Assembly (NCBI RefSeq): GCF_001949145.1
Contig: NW_019091362.1
Span: 1,495,838 to 1,559,837 of the forward strand
Length of the DNA: 64,000 nucleotides
Direction of reading: 5' to 3'
Origin: Acanthaster planci
Lineage: Eukaryota
Shown: piece by piece, positions 50,761 through 63,407 of the stretch
Layout of the letters: every line of letters starts with the position of its first letter
Position numbering within the stretch: position 1 is the stretch's first letter
The notes under the pieces: model-generated
The model's database searches: none
Told to the model about the DNA's origin: nothing
Seen by the model: only the letters and a program-made list of their open reading frames with translations
Made by a program: the position numbers and the translations under genes

Positions 50761-53700
50761 CGGGCTCCTTATGCCTCATTTTAGCGTAGTCTCATAAACA
50801 GGGAACTATTTATTCACCAGTTTCTTAAATTACTGTAGCCTTGTTCTGGTGGTATCGGAATGAAAGTCTTTGTTGCATCGCTCTCAGAGGTTGAAAAGTA
50901 TACCACATAATTATGGTAATCTGAAACAATTTCTAATGTTTGGATACGGTATGGATAGGTAATTTAGAAAAAAGGATCATCAAAGGAGACAACCGAAACC
51001 ATCCAAACGGGATTTAAGAAAATGTATCAAATGTCATTCGGACAATCTTGAATCATTTAAGTATTGTATATTAACCAGTAATAATGTGATAAAATATAAG
51101 TGCTCCAACAATTTTCCAGAGCTGTGTGTCTTTAAATGACAATTTTTTTTTCATTTAATTAACTGCTTTGTGCTGTTCTGTGTAGATTCATATTTAGTTT
51201 GTTGGTCGGCTTGTTTGGCTTTGTCTACTTGATTGGTTGGTTGATTTGGGGGGCACTTAAGAGGGGCTGGAATGTGTCAAGGAACATTTCCGGGCCAATT
51301 CTGGACTAATGTTGTTGATGCATGCACACCACTCAACAAAACCTTTTGCAACTCACAAGATGTCTGCTACAATACAGTAAATATTTCAACTAGTATACGG
51401 ATATATATTTTCATCTGAGCATAACACTAATCAACCAACTGCTCATGTACAGTAGTACTTGTATGGTAATGCATGAATACACAAACTGCAGCAGATGGGA
51501 TTATTTTACACCAGATGTCTCTGCTAAGTCCCAGGTCCCAGACAAGAGACAAACAAACGACTCCATTTTCCTATTACATTACTTTTTTTTTTAACGAGAC
51601 ACGAGACAGTGCTCGTCCCAGGCCTGTGAAAATAAAAGCGTGCATTCTTTTGCTTTGAATGCGAGCATGATGTGGGCAGTGTCCTGGATTGTGCAATTTT
51701 CTGGACTATTGTTAAAGTACATTAGCACTGTCAAACTGGACCCTACTCAAGTCTACTGCTTCTTCTTGACAATTTAGTACTCTACGGTAACTTTGCAAGT
51801 TTGCAGCATCAAATGTCCACGCCAAGTGGTTCCTGAGTGTAAAAAAACAATAAAAATGCATTTTAGAAATGCATTCAATTTCATCCTGTGGGCAGTTGCT
51901 ATAATAGTGACGTATTGACACTGGTTTTCATTGCCATTACAAATTCACCCTTTTGGGGGTGTGGCAGCCATTTTACAAATAGGAGGCCTTCATTATGCCC
52001 ATTGTGCCATAGCTGTGTCAACCATCAAAAACATTTTCTTTCATAAAGATGTCTGTGCGAAGTTCTCTGTAAAAATCTGCCACAATTGTTTACTCAGCAT
52101 GTCACCATTCACTAATTCCTTTTGACCTCAACAGTACAGCGTGGGTGCATTCTTAGAACCTTTCCAAAGGCCTTTTGTATAGGTACTTAATCCGTGCCCA
52201 GCCCCAGTCCAACACTATTGCTATGTGTTCATTTAGCATTGCAATTCAGGACTGAAAACCATCCTCCTTCATAGCTAAGCTTTTGTGCAAACAGCACCTC
52301 TATATAGGTTGACAGAGTCCTGTTCTACTGAAGTGCACCATAGAACTATTAAATGCAATAGCTGCATGGAAATACCATCTGAAGGCAGGGCACTACTCTT
52401 ATCGCATACAAAAACAAAGTTTCAAGTCCATATTGCCAAATACGGGTACAAAGACTTAGTACACACACAGTTTGCCAATTGATGTGAATAATGCTGATAT
52501 TCTACAAAACACTATATACACGAAAATCCGTTTTCAGCCTAATTCAAACACAATGCTTACGAACAAAAATAGCCCAGTGATTACTTTTTTAATACGAGCA
52601 TTTAGCATTAAAGTATGAATACAATGATTGACAACCATTTTGAATGAATACAAACTCCACAACAGTAAACATTATTTGGGACTGACACTCCCAAGCAGCT
52701 TGATGCTTCCATGGAGGAAGGATTCCTCCATGATACTGCTAACTTCCAATACACGCAATGCACTGAAAGCACGCTCAGAACAAGTAAGCACTGTACATTT
52801 TTGCAAATGTGCATGTACAAGTACGTTTGTAATTTCTTACATTGGTTTTACTGTTGAATACATACTGCGGGTTAAAAATACCAGAGCATTAACTCATTTT
52901 GTAAAGTGAACCCTGCTGGCTACATCCATGCGCAATCCATGAATTAGTGCAGATTTAGCATGGCTAATTGCATATCTGCATAAACTATATTCTCCACTAC
53001 ATGTAGTATGCATGTACACTAGAGATGAAGTTTGCTGAAGTTTGCATGCTTACATAGTATATTATACATGTACTTGGGCAATACACATATAACACAATGT
53101 TTGAGATTCAGTCCATCTGATCTTATGTTCTACAAATACACACATGAACTTACACATGTAATCTGTGCTCTTCAGAATGGCTTCAAGGTCTTTGTGCGCA
53201 ATGGAATAACGAGTTAGATCTCTAGTAATTTGATACAGCCCTATGATCAAACATTATCCATGTACATGTACGAGTACATGTAGCTTTCCTTTAAAAATGA
53301 GGGTAATTTAAGATGTCCTACTGATTTGCTGTGCTAATAATCTGTTTACTGTATCTACCCTCAAGATGGTGGAACACTGCCATTGTTTCTTGGTGATACA
53401 TGTTGGTCTGGCATTCTAAATGTATGCACTGAATGTGCACTGTTGGTTTCCTGTGCACCCACAGTGTCAGTATTGAGAGATTCAGGATTTGAAAACGCAC
53501 CTACTGTACATGTACATGCATATATTGTATGTACAAAGGAGTTCAAATGTCAGTCTTTGCACAGATTTCAATGCTCTCTATGCACAACATGCAAAGGAAT
53601 GCAATCAAGAGATGCCTGAAATTATCCAACGCAATCCAACAGAATTCCTTGCTGATGGATTTGTCTGGAAACTGCACTCGTGGTAATAGTTAATTGTACT

Positions 53701-56284
53701 AAAATGCGCAGAGGTACATGGGTGAGCTTCTCACATAATCACAAACGTGTTGTTCTTTCCTTGAGGTTTCCAGCATATTAACCCATCCTTTCTTATTCTT
53801 TATCTCCATGAATGGGCAAATGGCAGCACTCAGGAAAGCTTTTACTGGAGAGCCCAGAGACCTGCAGATACGTGTTTTCTTTTAAAGCACACTTCTGAAA
53901 AAGCTGGGTTCACATTCATTATTTTGTAAGTGACTTGTGGAAAAATATAATCTACTTTCAAATTTTGTACAATGTCAATCAGGAGACCTGGTACAGAAAA
54001 AACACTGCATGTGTAAAACTGCATGAGCTCTTTAAAAGATACTTGCTCGGACAGATCTTCCTTCTCACGGAAGCCAAAAACAATAGATGTTAATCGACCA
54101 AAAGACTAGCGTTTCAAAAAAATTGAACTTGGCAGTACTCTTTAATTTCAGTGATACATAAATCAATGTTGCTAAGCAACATATCATCCCCACAGACATT
54201 CTGTACTTTTATTAAAATGCAAATCCATCTGTTCCACAGCTACAGGCTGATGGGAGACTTCCACTAATAGTACCTTGGACTGTTACAAATTTGTCAAGAA
54301 TACACACGGTAAAATCATCACACACATAAATCCTCAATTTAAGATAAAGTACCCCTATGATATACGCATACGTGTACTCTTCTTTGGTTATACAATTTAA
54401 CACTGGTCAGGAAAGGTTTTGTCTTAACAACTTTGACTACAGAACAGACCCCTGCTAAACCCACGTATACTGCAGTAGAACCTTGAAAATGTCTTGGAAA
54501 AGTTGGCAGACCTGCAGTGTATTCCCTGTACATGTATTTCCAGACAGATCCTTTCCTGATCCTTTTATATCCACTAGGGAGCCTTTGAGGAATTTGAGGG
54601 GACTATGGAAGATAGTGTCCAGCCAGTGGACAATACTTGGGATGTCATATGAAGGTCACTATTATTGACCTGATGCATAAGATAGCTTTTCCAGTCATCT
54701 GTCATGATGAAATGATGCCATAGTGTGTGTACACCATTGGTTTCCCATATAGTGGAGGATTTGGTGGGGACTTCAGCAAGCTTAAGTCAACTTGGCTGGG
54801 GAAATGGGTCTAGGCATGATTTGTAGAGCTTAATGTATTAAACTAAAATTCAACGTCAATGTGTGCAACTAAAATTCAGAAAGCAGTAAATTATGCAATA
54901 TTTCACTAAAACTGTTTCGAGTATACAAGCTATTTGTGAACTAAATCATATATTATTTGTACATGTATGTCTTGTGCATATAGAAGGACCTCAAATATAT
55001 GAACTTGAGTACTTATATGCTTTGAACCCTCCCTTCCCTATCCCCCTACCCCCCCTACCAGCAAAGCGACAGGCTGTTAGGAAAAATGTGAACTTGGTGA
55101 AGGGCACACGTGCTAAAACGCTAGATTTGAACAGAAGTCGGTCTCCCGCACCAAACGTGCATGTGACTATGCGAGCCTGTGACACGTTGTCACTAAAGTT
55201 CCTTCTCTCATTCCTTAACCCTACCCCCCCCCAAGGGTTGCTGGCCCTAACCTTCTCCATTCACACAAAGTGAAACACCCGTATCGGACTTTGTGTACAG
55301 AGGCTGTTGGACTTTGTTTTTCTGAGGTATGCCAAACCCAATGCAAAAGCCAGCTGTTATGGGCCTACCAGACCTATCCCCACAGAATTAAACACTTTAC
55401 TACTGTTTAATTCTGTGTGGTTGGAAGGTTAGGGCTAAGGAGCGGGCAGACCACCTCATCAAGTGCTGCCCTGGGGTGTTTTGACAGTTGTGACGCATAC
55501 GCCAAAGTGTGACATGTGTGCATCTGCCAGTTAACGTTTGCGGCCGACATATATGCAGTGTGGTTATGGGAGACAGCAGCATGAGCTACAGTTATTGGCC
55601 CATGTGCAAAGTTGGAGGGACCTATTGAATTGTCCATCACCTACAAACAATCACAAAACCCGACATCAGTCACATCTCTTTTTTAAAAAAAAGGTCAGCG
55701 CTATTGCTGATCCATAGACTTAGACTTGTAGTTCAAGTCGCGTGAAAAATATGATACCCAATTGTCATTAAGTACATGTATTACGTAGAGCAGCACGTTC
55801 GCGATGCAACATTCACAAGACATTTCGCAATTTATCCTACACAGTACTTCAGTACTGAATTACTTTCTTAATCAATTTTAAAATTTGATGAATGAGTTGC
55901 TAATTATTTATGCCATGCTACTACATTGTACCACACAGATTATACCTTTAGGTATATTTACACACACAGAGAACACCATTATCAAATTCAGAGATTGACA
56001 ATCTACATACCTGTATATTAAATGAATATCTAATCAGTAAATAGCTTACTACATTTATAATTCAGTCAAAGCCATGCGCATATTCACCCTAACCCTCCCA
56101 GAGAATATTTAAGATTGCATTGACCAGTACTTTACACAAAGCTTGATGCTCTAAAAAATCTTAAGGTTAGGATGTGCAACCCTGTGGTCAGGGTTTGTAA
56201 CTCACCATCATAGGGTCAGGTGTTCAAATTCAGAAATGGGTGTATACGTACTCCCGGGGAACAAGGGGAGATGATGGTTGCTGT

Positions 56285-56352
56285 GCTTGATAAGCCATGT
56301 GCCATAAGCCATGTGCCATGTGCTATAAGCCATGCTTGATAAGCCATGTGCA
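56285..56352. repeat. Short tandem repeat of ATAAGCCATGTGC
   Basis: 4-5 imperfect copies. Confidence 0.7.
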
Positions 56353-56620
56353 CTTTAAATGGCAGCATTGAGCTATATACATGTACGTGCTCTACCCACA
56401 GATTTCAGGAATGCTTCTGATAGTGGTCTGGTGAAAAGGGATTATAATGTTTGGTGCCTCGAGCAACAGTACCAGTGAAAGTGGATAACAAAAGATATGC
56501 CATTGGTTTCTGGCACAGTGAAGGATTTTGGAGGATTCGGGAAGGTTCCAGGTAAAAAATAGCTTTATGGTAGGGTTAAGGCACAGCAAACCGGTGATAA
56601 GGGATACACAAGCTACCGGT

Positions 56621-57274
56621 CTAAGGTTGATCTATCGGGTCGATGGGGTTGTCATGAAGTTTCAATTTACTGATCTTGAGATCGTCGGGCGATGTTTCCA
56701 CACGGTTGTGCTGTACCCACAATTCTTCCAGCTTCATCTGGCCCACCTCGGCGGGGACATCGGTGATCTTGTTGTAGTCCAGGACCAGGATCCGCAGCCC
56801 GGTCATCTTGGTGATCTCTGGTGGGATGACCTGGACGCTGTTGTGTTGCATGTGGAGCTCCCGGAGGCGGGGCATCTTGAATACGACTGGTGGGATGGCG
56901 TCAAACTTGTTGTTGTCTAGAATCAGCTCCTGCAGCTCGTCTAGATCCTCCATCTCGTCTGGGAGCGTGGACAGCTGATTGCCGCTCAGGTTGAGCGAGC
57001 GCAGGCCGGCTAACTGGCCGATTGAGGGCGGCAGGGTGGTGAACTGGTTGTTGGTCAGGATGAGGAACTCAAGCCTCTTCAGGCCCTTCAACTGCTCCGG
57101 GAGCTCGCTGATCTGGTTGTTGCTGACGTTGATGCCGATCAGCCGGCGGCCCTGGTTGTTGTCGATGGTAGGGATCTCATCTAGGCTCTCGCCCGCCATG
57201 ATGAGGGCGGGACCTAAGTTACCATCCTTGTCCAGCTGCTGCTCATAGTTGAGTCTCTTCTTCCCCCTATACAT
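56621..57274 (-). CDS. Leucine-rich-repeat-only intracellular protein, 217 aa, single coding exon
   Basis: 7-8 consecutive ~23-aa LxxLxLxxNxLxxLP repeats; high GC3; ttgcag acceptor 8 nt before the ATG at 57274; the ORF-track extension to 57400 is AT-rich and intron-like. Confidence 0.88.
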   Translation of the reverse strand: MYRGKKRLNYEQQLDKDGNLGPALIMAGESLDEIPTIDNNQGRRLIGINVSNNQISELPEQLKGLKRLEFLILTNNQFTTLPPSIGQLAGLRSLNLSGNQLSTLPDEMEDLDELQELILDNNKFDAIPPVVFKMPRLRELHMQHNSVQVIPPEITKMTGLRILVLDYNKITDVPAEVGQMKLEELWVQHNRVETSPDDLKISKLKLHDNPIDPIDQP

Positions 57275-58543
57275 GACTACTCCTGCAATATGTGGATTTC
57301 TTGGTGGGTTCTTTCGACAATAATTACACCTGTCATAAGGGAACATTGAACAAATCAGTGATAAGACCTTCATTTCTCCAACTTTTTTTATCATTTTCAC
57401 GTGAAATAGAGCCTCTCAGTTTCTGTAACGTCATACACATCATGATAGCCAAGATAGATACACTGTACAGTCAACACAGCATTATGCTGTGGGCATCAAA
57501 CACCATTGTGCGTACAATGCTGTGACAGCATTACATATGACGATCATATCACTGTTGGCTAGCCAAACTAGCCACTTTGTGAAAAATATGACCAAAACAA
57601 TTTTCCTCAAATCATGCTGAACACATTTTTTTTCAAGTTGAATACACTTATCTTCAATGAAAATACAAGGTGAGATGAAAATCTGTGAGGGAAGAGATCC
57701 AAGTATGGACATCGCCAATTTTCCAAAGTGATTTCTCAGCCACCAGAAAGTGATAATACGGGAAAGAGTTCCATGCCAACTAATGACTTATTAGCTGTCA
57801 GAAAGCAACAATGTAGGAAAAAAAACCCAAGTTGATTATCGTTGATTTACCCTAACGTAGCACAGCCCCTGATGTGGCCCACTTTCATTTCTTGCCTCTT
57901 GTGTCTTACTGGACATGCTGGAGCAATATTTTTACCTCAAATTTCACAATCAGTAAAACTTTATCTAACTCCTATTATTCTGATTCATAAATTGAAATTT
58001 TCGTGTATCTGCTAAAAAGTTCTGATGAAATTTCATTATCACCTGATGTTACAAATTTATTATCACCTGATGTTACGAATTTTTCTGACGCGCAAAATGA
58101 ATGCTTCTAGAATGTGCTCAAAAATATGAAAATAATCTTCTATTTTTCAGACCAGTTACCAGGGGTTTGTCCTTTTCTCAACAAGTATGACAGGCCGGAT
58201 GTCAAGTGATGTCTGTGTTTAGTTTAGAATGCTCTGTCAATGTCATGTCTATGGCCGAAGTTGGGCGGGGCTCTGTTTTCCAGAGCGCGTGTACATGGAG
58301 TACATGTAACATGTATGGGTGTGGGAGAGCCACGGGTAGGGGTTCGTCGTCCGCCGCGCTTCCATGGCATGCATCGAACGTAGCGTGTTGTCCTTGTTAA
58401 AAATAGCAGACGCCGAACTCAAGCGTGTAGGGTACACACGTAAGCCATTAACGCGATCCGCCGTCAAAGATGAGAGTTGTGCGGGACTGTTTCTAGCAGC
58501 TGTCTAAACATACGCCAACATCTGTCCGACGTCATAATCTTAC

Positions 58544-58770
58544 CTTTTTCGAAAGTGCTGATATTTGCAAGAGTTTGGCCCAAGACAGCTTCAAAAATAC
58601 GACAAAAACATGAAAAGTTCTACAGGCGCGGTGGGTTTCGGTGATCTAGTCAGAGACCTGACCCGTCCGTGTGAAACTATCGTTGAGTTCCGTGAATGGC
58701 GCTTGGGTGCTTGTCTTGAACTTGATAAAACTGGCCGCGAGAGGTCGCTCTCCGTTGTGAAAGATGAAGG
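58544..58770 (-). promoter_or_regulatory. Probable non-coding first exon / CpG-rich promoter of the LRR gene
   Basis: AAG|gtaag donor at 58544/58543 on -; CpG-rich; in-frame stop upstream of the junction and no in-frame ATG; GC-box-like GGGGCGTG and GGGGTGGGG at ~58770-58812. Confidence 0.5.
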
Positions 58771-59643
58771 GGCGTGACAAAAGTGGTTAATTTTAAAAGG
58801 GGGTGGGGTGGGTGGTACTGTAACTATGTTCGCATCATTCGAGTGCAGTACCAGTATATAAAGTGCAAATGGGAACAGAAAGAGAAACTGTTTTCCTGAA
58901 ATAGTTTCAGCAAAGTATTTGGCACGATTTGGGTTTTTAAGCAATTCTTCTGGCATCATTTCTAAAAAGAGGACTCACACATACATGTATCTGCATTTTA
59001 CTTTTTGGCTATAATGCATTGCTTCAGTTTGTACAAAATTAATTCAAATTGAAGATGCTGGTAACTACTTTGGGTTTTTAAGGTGAGGGAACCACAGAGG
59101 GACAAGATGACAAACACGAGGGCTATTTCTCTTTCAAAAACTTTGTGAAATTTAAACAAAACATCTTCAAAATTTAGTCTTCTATTGCACTTTCAAAATC
59201 TAAATATTGTACAAAAATCATAGACAATCTAAACAAAAGGTTCCAAGTAAAAAAATAAGACAAACTATCACTGTAGACACTAGACAGTGCTCCTCTCATA
59301 CTCCACTTAAAAACCTTTCTTCGAAACACTCCCCCACAAATGTAGTGCATGAAACCCGAAAAAGGTGTTTCAGATGTGCTATACAAGTATTTCATATTCC
59401 TTTGTGGGATGGATCAAATATCTTTGTGTCAGTCAGTCCTGCTGGTTAATTTCAAAATGTCCAAAAGTTCATGTCAGCGTTAGGGGTACATCTACTGTAA
59501 GTGAACCACTTGATACAGTGTCTGAAAACGTGAAGTTTCTAGAAACTTCAACCTGGAACAGGGCCTTGTTTCGTTTATCTGTGGGTATGCACTCAAACAC
59601 TGGAACAGGCATTCTTTAGGAAAAAAGAAACATAGAGTGCAAA

Positions 59644-59649
59644 TTTATT
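59644..59649 (-). terminator. Probable JMJD4 polyadenylation signal
   Basis: AATAAA on - about 70 nt after the stop codon. Confidence 0.5.
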
Positions 59650-59716
59650 TAATTCACTTCCAACTTGAGTACCCCGAAAGGAAAAGTAGCATATTTGTCA
59701 AGTTTTGAGACCATTC

Positions 59717-60364
59717 CTAAACTAGGCCCTCAGTGACGCAAATAATTTCCCCAATGACCTGCTGTGGATCTACACACAAGCTTCCAGTTTCTAGCCGGCA
59801 AAAATCTTCATTTTCTCTCAGTGATTCCAAGATCATTCCAATACGACACAGATCAAATATCATATGCCATACTGTGGACCATCTGGATGTGGTATCACTA
59901 TCACAGATACATGTACATTCTTCAGAACATGGTGATGAAGGCTGATTTGGGTCAGCACTGCCCGTGTGGTCGTTAGTAGCTCTGTCCATATCACTTGGCG
60001 TAGCTGTTTCATCGGTGTTTGACAGAATTCTTCCTGCACCTCGTGCGCAATGGGAGGACTGCCCCTCCAACTCTACTGTGCCTCGGGAATCTTCAACTGA
60101 AGAAGGTTTCAGGATTTCCCCACTGACAGTAGATTCAACTGTTCTTTCAGGATTTCCTGATGACAATCTTGTATTGAGACCATGAAGCTCCTGGGATCTC
60201 TTGGAGCGATCAAGAGGTTTGTCGGGCTTGCTGTGTCTGCTGTTTGAACATTTTCTTGAGCTCTCACTGTAAAGCCGCAATTGGTCAAGACGAGGCTCAG
60301 CCACTGTCCACAGCAACTGCAAGAATTCTGGGTAGTCTATTCCAGTGTTGGCTTTCATTATCAT
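59717..60364 (-). CDS. JMJD4: JMJD4 last coding exon
   Basis: ttcag acceptor in phase 0; IMKANTGIDYPEFLQLL..RL and HMIFDLCRI match JMJD4 C-terminal helices as recalled. Confidence 0.8.
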   Translation of the reverse strand: MIMKANTGIDYPEFLQLLWTVAEPRLDQLRLYSESSRKCSNSRHSKPDKPLDRSKRSQELHGLNTRLSSGNPERTVESTVSGEILKPSSVEDSRGTVELEGQSSHCARGAGRILSNTDETATPSDMDRATNDHTGSADPNQPSSPCSEECTCICDSDTTSRWSTVWHMIFDLCRIGMILESLRENEDFCRLETGSLCVDPQQVIGEIICVTEGLV

Positions 60365-60485
60365 CTGAAATCATATACGGACGAAAACAGGGCTATAACA
60401 GTGGCAGAAGGTCAGTGCAGAGACAACACAAAGAAACTCCATCATGGCTTTAAGCCTGCGTCAATTATGTAGGAGCTAAGAATAA

Positions 60486-60989
60486 AGCCTGGATTCCAAA
60501 TCAACACAGAGATGCAAATAGCATCACTGATCAGTTCCCCGATGATATGCAATCATATGGGAATGCTTTTTCGCAACCGACGCAAACAGGGACGGCGATA
60601 GTCGGTGAAGTTGAAGCCTATTCTAGTGACTATGTTGAGGCACCAGAATAGGCCTGTACAAATACACATGCTGGTATGATGGATGTACAACAATGCCTTC
60701 CTTGAATAGTACCACTCATTTTGCCCATTTTCTTGTTACTAACATAGTTGTATGTTGCCCCAATTTTAGACAAAATAGCTGACCATAAACAAAACCCATT
60801 AAAGTGGCATATCATTTTGGCTTCAAGAAGCAGTATTTCTGCCTAAAACAGCATATTCATTTTATGTTTCCGACACCATTTTGTAAAACTTTTTCCTGAA
60901 ATGACGTCACGGTGTCTCTTCCATGACTGACTACTCGTTACTGTCTTGCATGCTGTCAGTGTTCGTTACGGCTATATGGAAACCAGGCT
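60486..60989. mobile_element. PIF/Harbinger-type MITE with TAA TSD
   Basis: TAA|AGCCTGGATTCCAAAT ... ATATGGAAACCAGGCT|TAA (14/16 complementary). Confidence 0.75.
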
Positions 60990-61560
60990 TAAATCTTTGC
61001 CTTGTGAATGGACAACTAGAGCTCAGTTGTATTGGCCTAAAGACAGAACAGTGTAGTTGTAAAATACATGTACTATGTGGCTTGCCATCGAGAGAATGGT
61101 AGAGTGAGAAAGCCTGCAAGAATCGATAGCAAAATTAATGCAAACAAAATAGTGGGATTTTTAAATACTTTAACACTGTTTAAGACTTTAGAAGTAGGTC
61201 CTGAAGACTGCAGTTTCAAGGACTACCTGGCACTGTAGGTCTGAGGCCTACCTGACATTTGTAGGTCTGAGGCCCACTGAACACTGTAGGTTCTAGGCCA
61301 ACATGATGATGGGGTCAAAGGCCTATATGAAGCTGTGGGGAGGGGGGGCTGTGGGAGCCTACCTCCAAAATTGTATGCCCTCCCCCTTCAAAAAAATGCA
61401 AAAATAAAAAAAGGCTGGAAAATATTGGATTTGCAATAGCAAATGTTAAAAGGTCATGTCACATGCAAAGGGCCTAGCATCCCCCAACAATTGACTCTAG
61501 AACCGTGCCTGGTCCGAGGCCTGCCTGACACTACAGGCCCACTTGACGCCCTAGGCCTAC

Positions 61561-61704
61561 CTGACACTGCAGGTCCCAGCCCTCCATATCTCTGCAGTCA
61601 CTAATGGACTTCTTGACCAAAGCCAGTTCTTGTTGCAAAAATGCCCAGGTGATGTCCAGATTACATCCATTCAGCCAATTGTGGTTGATAGAGATAGTAT
61701 CTTC
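61561..61704 (-). CDS. JMJD4: JMJD4 exon
   Basis: EDTISINHNWLNGCNLDITWAFLQQEL..ISDCRDMEGWDLQCQ; cag/gtagg; 144 nt, phase 0-0. Confidence 0.93.
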
Positions 61705-61897
61705 CTGTAAAATCAAGGAAGTAACCGACTCAGTACTGGTGCATGATTTCACCCAGTGCACTACTTTAATGGAAAATTCTCTTTAGACTTATGAGTATTT
61801 AGCTGACAACCAACTTTGGCAAGAACCAAGAAAGAATTTAAAGGATTCTTTTAAGCCTGCTGTTGGAAAAAATGGGTGTTTAAAAATGGAAACTTAC

Positions 61898-62165
61898 AAT
61901 GTTAAAAACTTGGTGATGCCATCCACTCGGTACAAAAATAACCTCGCCTGGCTCCTGAATGACCTCAAATGGCTTGCAGGCTTTGTGGTAATCGGGATAT
62001 TTATTTGGATTGTGTAGTTCAGGAGAGGTGGCATCGTACACCAGATTGCCCAAGACATCCCTGAGGCAGTCCTCCTGACCCGGGGGGTACAGAAGCCATC
62101 TCTTGCGGCCGCAGACGTTTGCCGACCAGGAATAGGAGCGGAAAACGTCAGCATGGAAAGGGGTC
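61898..62165 (-). CDS. JMJD4: JMJD4 JmjC catalytic exon
   Basis: TPFHADVFRSYSWSANVCGRKRWLLYPPG..QEPGEVIFVPSGWHHQVFN; Fe(II) triad HxD...H intact; cag/gtaag. Confidence 0.95.
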
Positions 62166-63272
62166 CTGTGTTTAGAAAAGAAAATCAAAATTGAAGCTTG
62201 CCGCTGGGCTGCGATAGATACCTGGAAACTTAATACGTCATGAAAATTGGCGGGTATCTGGATTTGTCTTGTTTGGTTTTATATCACGTGAAAGGTAGAA
62301 CAATTTGCAGGGAATCTCGTGACACAAGCGATATATCTACGATATTGTTTTGCTCTTTTTTGGTTTTAAAGAAAACTACCTTCCCATGGAAACTTTGCTG
62401 TCCAGAAATTGGCCACTCTGGCAATTCCCTATAAGTACATGTAGATAATTGTATCTATCCTTGCAGGTGACTTGCCGCAATGTATCGACATGTAACCACC
62501 TGCCAGGTGTCAAACGACCCCATGATTAGAAACTACAAACCCTAACCACTAGGCTGCATGTTCCTTAATAGACCACGACAATGTGGTAGGCCCACATCCG
62601 CAGCCAATAAGCCCCAGCTGCACAGGGCACCTGATGCTTTGTTTCTCTTTTCCACACATTTATGGGTTAAATTTCAACTTTTGAACACTAAAGACATCCC
62701 AATATGTATTCCTGGGCACCTATGTCTCAGATGTAGTTTCTCATTGACTAAATGATTGCTCAAAAAAAAAAAAAGGACCCTTTAACCCCAAGTGCCCTAC
62801 GTGCACTCAGGTCAAAACACCTGCCATTGTAGTATTTAATACACCTGTAGAATCAGAGTTGTATATTGCAATTAGATGTTCCCTTAATAAAAATAGACCA
62901 TACGTTTACTGCATCTGATTTAGGCTACTGCAAAAACCACAGGTGAGATTAAGGAATGAAGAGAATTTTGAAATAAAGACAGCAATAAAATAAAAACTTT
63001 GCAATAAAAACGGGGGAGGGTTTACACGCTAACATGACATGAATTTTATGCCTAATGTCTATGCTAAACAGAATCTCACACATGTTTATATGTACAGAGA
63101 GCGAAGAAATAGCAAAATTTGAATAATTAAATCTCTAAAAAGTCTAGAATATGGGAACAAAAATCTACAAATTGGGTAAAACTTGAGAAATCACATTCAT
63201 GCAGGAGGTTTTTGAGCAAAGTACTGAAGAGTCCAGAGTTGAGGAGTATCTTGCAGTGTGTGTATTACTTAC

Positions 63273-63407
63273 CAAGAACCCTTAGGGCCCATGTAGACAA
63301 AGCGGTAGTCGTCCGATGTCTGGCCGGGCCTTTTGTCCCAGTACTCGTTCATCCAGTCAGATGTGAAAAAGACAGGTGTCCTGTAAGCCTTGTAATCTGG
63401 GAAGGAT
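63273..63407 (-). CDS. JMJD4: JMJD4 exon (earlier exons lie outside the window)
   Basis: SFPDYKAYRTPVFFTSDWMNEYWDKRPGQTSDDYRFVYMGPKGSW read directly; cag/gtaag; phase 2-2, joins the exon at 62165. Confidence 0.93.

Noticed and set aside
56528..57248. Plus-strand ORFs of 130 and 89 aa
   Set aside because: Antisense shadows of the GC3-rich LRR CDS
57275..57400. N-terminal 42 aa of the 259-aa LRR ORF
   Set aside because: AT-rich and mostly upstream of a splice acceptor at 57283-57285; the ATG at 57274 is more plausible
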